A DNA stretch of 44,774 bases, from IMG/VR virus record IMGVR_UViG_3300045988_107221, positions 1 to 44,774 of that record, one strand, 5' to 3'. Under the pieces are notes generated by a model that saw only the letters and a list, made by a program, of their open reading frames with translations, had not been told where the DNA came from and did no database searches. This stretch comes from a virus. Made by a program: the position numbers and the translations under genes. Positions within the stretch are counted from its first letter, which is position 1. Every line of letters begins with the position of its first letter. Shown here in pieces: positions 38,684-44,774 of the stretch.

Positions 38684-39253
38684 CTAAATTAAAATGATAT
38701 AACCTTCAAATGTTTCTTCGCTGGTAATGATCACATTATTTCCACTGACAGCCGTCTGAACAAGTGCTTCGGTATATACACCATTTTCATTTCTCATAAC
38801 CTTGACGGGATATTTTCCAGATGCGCCAATGCTCATATTGTAATAACCATCACCATCCGCTGTTCCCCAGCCACTACTTGTGAATGTCTTTTTCTGGATT
38901 GCGGCGGCATTATCGCATTTATTTTTGTATGTGTCCGTAAAATCGTTCGTTGATAAGCCTTTCCCGGTTACCTTATCAACTTTGCCGGATAAATCAATGT
39001 TGACGGCTTTACTCGACGGGGTAAGAGCGGTACCGTCTACTTTTACCGTCTCAATTACGTTTACCTGAGCCTTTGCAGCAATATCAGATAACTTTGTCTT
39101 TTCTGCGGTCGTGTAATCGTTCGTAGAAAGACCTTTTCCAGCTACTTTGTCCTGCTTATTGGCAAGAGAATCATACAACTCTTTAAAATTCTCATTAACC
39201 TTCTGCCATGCTGTTTTAACAAGTTCACCAAGTTTAATTGTCTGTCGTGCCAT
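38684..39253 (-). CDS. fibre-like protein with GKGLSTND(Y/F)T..(E)K.K repeats
   Basis: ATG at 39253 (RBS AAGGAGG), 189 aa. The N-terminus ARQTIKLGELVKTAWQKVNENFKELY is paralogous to that of 39277..39756. Two GKGLSTNDxT repeats. Confidence 0.6.
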   Translation of the reverse strand: MARQTIKLGELVKTAWQKVNENFKELYDSLANKQDKVAGKGLSTNDYTTAEKTKLSDIAAKAQVNVIETVKVDGTALTPSSKAVNIDLSGKVDKVTGKGLSTNDFTDTYKNKCDNAAAIQKKTFTSSGWGTADGDGYYNMSIGASGKYPVKVMRNENGVYTEALVQTAVSGNNVIITSEETFEGYIILI

Positions 39254-39276
39254 AACACGCACCTCCTTATATGTGA

Positions 39277-39756
39277 TTAATTAAATTTGATACCAATAAC
39301 TTTTTTAAGTGGCTTTACAGAATATTTTGTTATATACCGTAAAGTGTAAATATCCAAGTTCGGGTCTTTATCGTAAGCACTGCCCGAATAGATAAATCCG
39401 CTTAATTTTAACCGTTTATTGCTCAAGATTTCACAATTATATCCAAACATATTCCAGCCAGCCATCGCAGCTGTCATATCAAACTGGTTATGTACAGGCT
39501 TCAAAATCTTACCAACTGCCAATGGTCCGAAATATTCATATGCAGAACAATCATCCAACTGTAAGATGATCCCATCATAATTTGATGGATTATCTGTTAA
39601 AGTGATCGTTGTTGACGTCCCATCATTCTTAGCTGGAATATTAACCGAGCTATTGTATAAAATCTTATATGTTTTACGATTATTTAATTCGGTGAAATTT
39701 CCATTAATCGCTTTTAAGATAGCTTTGATAGATTGTCCTAATTTAAGCGTCTGCAT
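39277..39756 (-). CDS. fibre-adaptor-like hypothetical protein
   Basis: ATG at 39756 (RBS AAGGTGA), 159 aa. The N-terminus MQTLKLGQSIKAILKAINGNFTELN is shared with the next gene. Confidence 0.55.
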   Translation of the reverse strand: MQTLKLGQSIKAILKAINGNFTELNNRKTYKILYNSSVNIPAKNDGTSTTITLTDNPSNYDGIILQLDDCSAYEYFGPLAVGKILKPVHNQFDMTAAMAGWNMFGYNCEILSNKRLKLSGFIYSGSAYDKDPNLDIYTLRYITKYSVKPLKKVIGIKFN

Positions 39757-40048
39757 AGTTATCACCTTCTTCTAATAATGTACTCCTACTAACCGGAACA
39801 CCTCGCCCGATTGTCACACGAAGGGAAATGGGTTCATCCACGTAAATTCTTACATCACCATTTGATAATACTTTGTAAGAACATAAGATATTTTCTAATG
39901 CAAGTTGTGAATCTCTATGGACGGCTCTAACAACGAACGCATTTACGCCAAATCCATGATCTGTTGCTAAAATCGTTCCATAATACATCTTATTATCTTC
40001 ATCGTACATCATGCTTTCATCTGTGATCGTTGCCGCGTAAATATCCAT
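39743..40048 (-). CDS. hypothetical protein
   Basis: ATG at 40048, 8 nt after GGAGGG, 101 aa. Confidence 0.5.
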   Translation of the reverse strand: MDIYAATITDESMMYDEDNKMYYGTILATDHGFGVNAFVVRAVHRDSQLALENILCSYKVLSNGDVRIYVDEPISLRVTIGRGVPVSRSTLLEEGDNYADA

Positions 40049-40053
40049 TGCTA

Positions 40054-41775
40054 TCACCCTCCAATCATGGCTTTAAATTCAGTGCGGTATCGTCTGTACA
40101 TTTCATAAAGAATAACTAAACAAACTGCACCATCAATTCGTTTAGGCATTTCTTGCTTTATCAAAAGACATTTTCCATAATCATCAACTTTAATGCCTGC
40201 GTTTTTGAAACACCATTTATCCATTACATTTTCATTGTAATTTACAAGCCGATGTTTCAAATCTGCTTCGCAAAGCTTAATTGCATTTGTGAGCGTTTGA
40301 GCATTCTGCAAAATCATAATCAAGTCAGAATCTTCATCACCAGTTCTTTGCCAACCATAGAAATCCATTCGGGTGATCCAATCTTTTGCGAATTTTTGGT
40401 CATATCCACATTTCCAAAGTCTGACATTATAATCAAGATATAGTTTATAAAACCAATCTGCTACAACGGCGAGATCAATATCATTTCCTTCGGTAATTGT
40501 GAGTAATCCATCTTTTGCCCAATCTTTATATCTTGCTCCTGCATTCCAATCATCAGAATCTTCTAATTTTGATTCAGGAATAAAATAATGAGTATGGATA
40601 TATTTGACTGGGTCATTCGGTTTCATTAACAGAATTTTCGCACAAGTCAAATCAGTCGTTTCAGATAAATCAACTGCTCCCAGACATTTGGCATTTCTAA
40701 ATTCTTCAAGATCATATACCGCTTGATAATCATAATCTTCGAGATTAAGCCAGCTTTCAACTCCATTCTGCTTAATATTAAAATCCTTTGATAAAACAAA
40801 AATTCTATCAGCCTTTGAAGCCTTCGCAATATCAACTTGCTCTTCGAGATATTCCCATTTCTTCACTATGCCAAGAGTAGGATTAGACTTTTCCCATAGC
40901 CTATTTTTACGGTTACCCATCCAAACTTCTTGTTCTGAATCTTGGGTATATAACCAAGGTAGAAGTCTCTCGGCCGCAAGGCCGTCGTCTTCTTTATTGA
41001 TAACTCTTCTCGCTTTCTTTAATTCGTCGTCAAGATAACCGTCAACCACGAATCCTTCGGTTGTGATATTGATAAATTTTGGATTATCCTTTAGTGATTG
41101 CGACTGCTCAATTGATTTACCGATGATATTCTCTTTCATCTCGTGAGTTTCATCTACGATTGCAAAGTCAATATTTCGACCTTCTTTGTTCTTTGTTCGG
41201 TCAGACATTTTAAAAACTTTCGTGTTTGTCACCTTGTTTAATATGAAAGACTGGTTTCGCTTTGTGTCCATATCATTTGGATCATAGAGCCGTCGCATCA
41301 TATCTACCGCATCATAAACCAAGCTACATTGAGCATCGTCGTTTGATGAGCAGCAAATATCAGCACCTTCATTTCCAACAATAAATTCACTGTTAGCTAA
41401 TGCTGAGGATGTTTCTGATTTTGTATTTTTACGGGCTATCAGAAGAATTGTTTTTTTAAACCGATCGAATCCAGTTTCTATCATTTTAAAAGAATAGAAT
41501 GTTTCAATCCACGCTTTTTGCCAAAGCATCAAAACCATAGGTTTATTATAAAAAGGTGATTTTGTTAACCTGATACAATTCTCCATGAAATCCATTCTCA
41601 ATCTTGCAGCATCAGTATTATAAAAATACTTGTCATTATAAAAATCCTCGGCCAAGTTATCAAGCTCCTGCCATAACTCTTGGCCTATGACAATCTCACC
41701 TGCTTCGGCCTTCGCTCGGTATTCTAGTAAGTAGGAGTTGTCAGGTGTCCAAATGGTTTTATCCCGTATCAACAT
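40054..41775 (-). CDS. terL: terminase large subunit
   Basis: 573 aa. Walker A-like LLIARKNTKSET, Walker B DFAIVDETHEM, and a C-terminal nuclease region. Overlaps terS by 17 nt. Confidence 0.9.
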   Translation of the reverse strand: MLIRDKTIWTPDNSYLLEYRAKAEAGEIVIGQELWQELDNLAEDFYNDKYFYNTDAARLRMDFMENCIRLTKSPFYNKPMVLMLWQKAWIETFYSFKMIETGFDRFKKTILLIARKNTKSETSSALANSEFIVGNEGADICCSSNDDAQCSLVYDAVDMMRRLYDPNDMDTKRNQSFILNKVTNTKVFKMSDRTKNKEGRNIDFAIVDETHEMKENIIGKSIEQSQSLKDNPKFINITTEGFVVDGYLDDELKKARRVINKEDDGLAAERLLPWLYTQDSEQEVWMGNRKNRLWEKSNPTLGIVKKWEYLEEQVDIAKASKADRIFVLSKDFNIKQNGVESWLNLEDYDYQAVYDLEEFRNAKCLGAVDLSETTDLTCAKILLMKPNDPVKYIHTHYFIPESKLEDSDDWNAGARYKDWAKDGLLTITEGNDIDLAVVADWFYKLYLDYNVRLWKCGYDQKFAKDWITRMDFYGWQRTGDEDSDLIMILQNAQTLTNAIKLCEADLKHRLVNYNENVMDKWCFKNAGIKVDDYGKCLLIKQEMPKRIDGAVCLVILYEMYRRYRTEFKAMIGG

Positions 41776-42073
41776 GACCTCTCACCCACTTTCTTAACGG
41801 GCTTTCTTCGTCCCCTTCGTCGTGGCCGGTTGCCCGTGTCAGAACTTTGATAATGTTCGTGTACTGTTGCAAAAGCTCCTTGTACTGCTTCTGTGCTGGC
41901 GTGCTTTTCTGCTGCATAGGGTTCTTAGGGTTGACCTTGATAAATGGCAATTTCTTTAAATCCTCTAACCGATTTTCCAGAAAAATAACTTCGTCAATGA
42001 GTGGCATTAAGATGATTTTATCCTCGTCTGAATCACAACAATATTCAATTAATTCTCGTCGTCTGTCTTTCAT
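41759..42073 (-). CDS. terminase small subunit (P27-like)
   Basis: Start set to the ATG at 42073 (RBS AAGGA), 1 nt after the upstream stop, giving 104 aa. The longer 168-aa ORF would overlap the fibre gene. Assigned by size, position and the KVNPKNPMQQKSTPAQKQYKEL pattern. Confidence 0.65.
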   Translation of the reverse strand: MKDRRRELIEYCCDSDEDKIILMPLIDEVIFLENRLEDLKKLPFIKVNPKNPMQQKSTPAQKQYKELLQQYTNIIKVLTRATGHDEGDEESPLRKWVRGHVDTG

Positions 42074-42074
42074 G

Positions 42075-42668
42075 TCACGCCGTCCTTTTCCACATATAAC
42101 AAGTAATGTACGGCTGTAAGTTATTGTGTGCATTACCGCCTCCGGCACTCTCCACCGTCGCACTTGCCGCATGGCTATGCGTTGCATTAATTTTAAATCC
42201 GTCTTTGTATTTTGTTGTTTTATCTGTATTACTCGGATAAAAAGCAGTATCGTCACCTGATGCACTACATATGCCGCTTACCGTGTTCCCCGGACCCCAA
42301 CTTGCACTCTGCCCTGCAAAATTATGCACTGTACCTGTAAGTGATTTTTCTGTAACTTTAACTGTTGTAGAATGTTTGTGTGACGGCATTTCATTAATTG
42401 ATAATGTGTGTGTTTTCTCACCGCCGGTCTTTTCAACCGTTGAAAAATCACCGTCCGATGTGTTTACACTCACGGGTACCCGACCAGCTCCCCACGTTAC
42501 CCATGTGCCACCGAAAAGCGTTCCGGGGTTTGTGTTATTTACACTCATATAAATACTACCTACGGGGTATACTTTATCGAGCGTAACCCCGCCAGATGAA
42601 TGAGCGTCAATGTAATTTTTTATTTTCGCCCACAATCTCGTCAAACCGTCGTTATCCAGATAACCCAT
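42075..42668 (-). CDS. tail-collar-domain fibre protein
   Basis: 197 aa. YPVGSIYMS...GTWVTWGAGR...GGEKTHTLSINEMPSHKH...GGNAHNNLQPY is the phage Tail_Collar pattern. The N-terminal MGYLDNDGLTRLWAKIK adaptor motif is shared with the gene upstream. Confidence 0.75.
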   Translation of the reverse strand: MGYLDNDGLTRLWAKIKNYIDAHSSGGVTLDKVYPVGSIYMSVNNTNPGTLFGGTWVTWGAGRVPVSVNTSDGDFSTVEKTGGEKTHTLSINEMPSHKHSTTVKVTEKSLTGTVHNFAGQSASWGPGNTVSGICSASGDDTAFYPSNTDKTTKYKDGFKINATHSHAASATVESAGGGNAHNNLQPYITCYMWKRTA

Positions 42669-42682
42669 AATCCCGCCTCACT

Positions 42683-43858
42683 TTATACACAAATAGCGTC
42701 AATCTGCGCGTTTGTGATTGCCGTAATAGTAAAGATTTCGCCCAATGCGTCCCAAGCGGTACCGTTCCATGCAACATTCATGCCTGCGCCACCATATTTG
42801 CTGGCTGCTTCGATGTTGTAAACATCACCAACTCTCTGTCCGGTTGTTGGTAATTTGTCTGAAGAAGCTACTGAACCACAATATTTATACATATTAGTGA
42901 TTTCGGATTTCTTAGCATATGTACTCGATAAAGTAGCATTTGTCGGTAACGCGTCAAGTTTACCTTTATCTGTGGCACTCATAAGACCGGCCACGCTACT
43001 AGTTGCCCCGCTAAAGGTAAATCCGCATAAATCTACGGCCGCCTCACCTTCATCCATCGTAATCCAAAAGCCGCGTTTATCCGCAGAGGGGTTGTAATCC
43101 CTTATTTGCAAGCTACCCCAATAGCCACTCGCAAATAATACCATCGTCTCTTGTCCTGCCGCTGGTGCCGGTACAAGTCCATGTGTACCCATCATGTCAC
43201 CACTTGCGGCGGCTTTAAAATCACTGTAAGTTGTATCCTTATCTGCGCCCCAAACGGCCGTTCCGTCTGCGCTCCAACGTAAGATTTGACCGGAAGAACC
43301 GCCCGCCGGGATGTGTTTGTTACCACTTGTCGTAGGGTGTGTATAGTTGTTCGCGTTCGTGGCAATACCGTCTAATTTCTTTTTATCTGCCGCGGTCATA
43401 AGACCGTGTGCGGACTGAGTAGCGTCATTATAGGTTGTATTATTGTCAGGTGGCACGCTCCACGTGCCATCAGAACGCAAATATCTATTTGCGGCCCCTG
43501 CCGCTGGTGCCGGTGCCAGACCATGAGTACCCGCCGCCGTTGTCGTTGCACCTTTCATGTCAGCATATGTGGTGTTAGCCGGTGTTCCCCATGTTCCATC
43601 TGCTTTTAAATATTTACCCTCATTTCCTTTTGTTGGGGCAGGTACTAAGCCGCTCCCGCCATCGGCCGACGCTGTTGCACCTTTAAAATTACTGTAAGTG
43701 GTATTTGTGTCCTGCGTGTTAATCGTTCCAGTTGTTCCATCACCTTTCGTGAATGTGATGGTTCTTCCGTTTACTGATAAATTAGTGATACCTTTATTGA
43801 AAAGTGCTTTGATTTTATTCCACAAGTAGGTAACACCATTACTGTCTAAATAAGCCAT
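42683..43858 (-). CDS. tail fibre protein with G(T/S)HGL(V/A)PAP...YL(K/R).DGTW and GLM(S/T)A.DK.KLD repeats
   Basis: ATG at 43858 (RBS GAGAGGTGGAA), 391 aa. Three GLxPAP repeats and two GLMxAxDKxKLD repeats. N-terminus MAYLDSNGVTYLWNKIK. Confidence 0.75.
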   Translation of the reverse strand: MAYLDSNGVTYLWNKIKALFNKGITNLSVNGRTITFTKGDGTTGTINTQDTNTTYSNFKGATASADGGSGLVPAPTKGNEGKYLKADGTWGTPANTTYADMKGATTTAAGTHGLAPAPAAGAANRYLRSDGTWSVPPDNNTTYNDATQSAHGLMTAADKKKLDGIATNANNYTHPTTSGNKHIPAGGSSGQILRWSADGTAVWGADKDTTYSDFKAAASGDMMGTHGLVPAPAAGQETMVLFASGYWGSLQIRDYNPSADKRGFWITMDEGEAAVDLCGFTFSGATSSVAGLMSATDKGKLDALPTNATLSSTYAKKSEITNMYKYCGSVASSDKLPTTGQRVGDVYNIEAASKYGGAGMNVAWNGTAWDALGEIFTITAITNAQIDAICV

Positions 43859-43871
43859 ATTTCCACCTCTC

Positions 43872-44369
43872 TCATTTGCATATCTCATCAAGTTCTAAAT
43901 TTGTAATTGATTCGGTCGCGTGTTCTTCGGTCCACAGTGTGCCGTCTGACTTTATACCGACGTTTGCGCCGCCTTTAACGACTCCTAAACTTACGACGGT
44001 GGCAATCGGTACGCCCGTTTTATTCTCTGCAATCCCTTGAATCAATTCGTAATTAAAATTACTTTTTTGTGATAGAAATAAGTTTCCGTCAACTTTCGCA
44101 ATCTTCGTTATCTGGAAATAGTCCCCGGCGTGATTGTCGTCCACAATCCGAAATTGCAGGCTCCCGGTTCCTGTGTAGTAGATGGAGCCAATCTCACATG
44201 TAAAAGGATTTCCCTTTATCATTATTTGCTCGCCCGCAATCTCAAGCACTGGATTTAATGAAGTATCGGCTCGTATCTCAATAAAAACACGATTTTCCCC
44301 GTTATCAATGATACTCACCAAATCACATATGCAATTTTTCGTTGCGTCAATAACAATCGTATTTTTCAT
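43872..44369 (-). CDS. hypothetical fibre-module protein
   Basis: 165 aa. The C-terminal ITNLELDEICK resembles the C-terminus (ITNAQIDAICV) of the next gene. Confidence 0.5.
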   Translation of the reverse strand: MKNTIVIDATKNCICDLVSIIDNGENRVFIEIRADTSLNPVLEIAGEQIMIKGNPFTCEIGSIYYTGTGSLQFRIVDDNHAGDYFQITKIAKVDGNLFLSQKSNFNYELIQGIAENKTGVPIATVVSLGVVKGGANVGIKSDGTLWTEEHATESITNLELDEICK

Positions 44370-44389
44370 GAGATTTTAACACCTTCTTT

Positions 44390-44767
44390 TTATGATACCG
44401 TTATAGTCGGGATACCGTCCCTTTTTAGTAAAATCAATCTACATTTAACACTCAAATAATCCGTGTGCGTTGTTTTGAAATATACAGATAATTTATTCGT
44501 ATTGCGTATAAATACGTTTAGTATATCTGTATTTGCCATTGTGTAATAATTTTCGTTATAGGTTGCATCGTCACTACGAACAAACATTTTAGAAATAAGA
44601 GAAGTGTTCACAAAAGTCCACCCGTCGGGTAACTGAATTGACTTAGTTGTGCCTGATTGAATAGACGGTATTTCAACAATCAATAATTTTTTTTCTATCT
44701 CACCTTTTGGCACTACTTCCCTTTTACATTTATTTGTTCCGCAAAATCCATATACTTTTTCGCTCAT
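44390..44767 (-). CDS. hypothetical protein (spans the circular junction region)
   Basis: 125 aa. Its RBS lies beyond the window end, seen in the duplicated copy at about 90..97. Confidence 0.55.
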   Translation of the reverse strand: MSEKVYGFCGTNKCKREVVPKGEIEKKLLIVEIPSIQSGTTKSIQLPDGWTFVNTSLISKMFVRSDDATYNENYYTMANTDILNVFIRNTNKLSVYFKTTHTDYLSVKCRLILLKRDGIPTITVS

Positions 44768-44774
44768 CCGGTTG
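44686..44774. repeat. second copy of the 89-bp terminal repeat
   Basis: Identical to 1..89. Confidence 0.95.

Noticed and set aside
41759-42265. Long form (168 aa) of the small terminase ORF
   Set aside because: The first 64 codons overlap the 3' end of the tail-collar fibre gene in another frame and begin at a non-ATG codon. The ATG at 42073 sits 1 nt after the upstream stop and has an RBS.
42683-43858. Diversity-generating retroelement targeting the fibre genes
   Set aside because: No reverse transcriptase ORF occurs anywhere in the genome. I found no template/variable repeat pair with adenine-specific differences near any fibre gene.

Overview
The window is a complete, circularly closed genome of a temperate siphovirus-type phage with an HK97-like head module and a long non-contractile tail. 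Composition is low-GC and Firmicutes-like. Positions 1..89 are identical to 44686..44774, so the unique length is 44,685 bp and the CDS at 44390..44767 continues across the junction.

Almost everything is on the minus strand. Read in the direction of transcription:
- **Early/replication operon (18604 down to 3905):** Cro-like and Xis-like HTHs, SNF2 helicase, VRR-NUC, HD hydrolase, AAA_24 ATPase, family-B-like DNA polymerase and P4-type primase-helicase. It ends with a nucleotide cassette of Tmk-like kinase, SAM methyltransferase, ThyA-family enzyme and dUTPase.
- **Late regulator (3416..3021):** an ArpU/sigma-region-4-like protein.
- **Late operon (2641 down, wrapping through the junction to 23796):** it starts with holin and endolysin. 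Next come a TerS-like HTH, an HNH-P-loop fusion, a fibre cassette, P27-like terS and terL. A 3-gene insertion follows, then portal, protease, capsid, connectors and major tail protein. The operon ends with the G/G-T chaperones (-1 frameshift), a 1889-aa tape measure, Dit, Tal and a distal tail protein.

Three plus-strand islands carry a repressor plus tyrosine integrase (18897..20471), a 44-aa ORF (21076..21210), and a four-gene moron operon (22629..23723).

Most interesting non-routine observations:
1. An acr/aca-like operon of small acidic ORFs plus an HTH. It belongs to a set of six copies of one palindrome-bearing promoter (TGTACA-N17-TATAAT with TACAAC-N4-GTTGTA).
2. A 58-nt tRNA-like element inside the early operon. 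It keeps the acceptor, D and T arms but lacks the anticodon arm.
3. A candidate DNA-modification cassette. Its ThyA homologue has Asp at the position that specifies cytosine rather than uracil.
4. Two helically phased arrays of ATCTTGAC(T) boxes sitting in a ~110-bp inverted repeat. They flank the whole early region and lie upstream of both the late regulator and the integrase.
5. A second, outer inverted-repeat pair.
6. Fibre-like gene pairs in three unexpected places.

All functional calls rest on motif recognition by eye; no searches were run.
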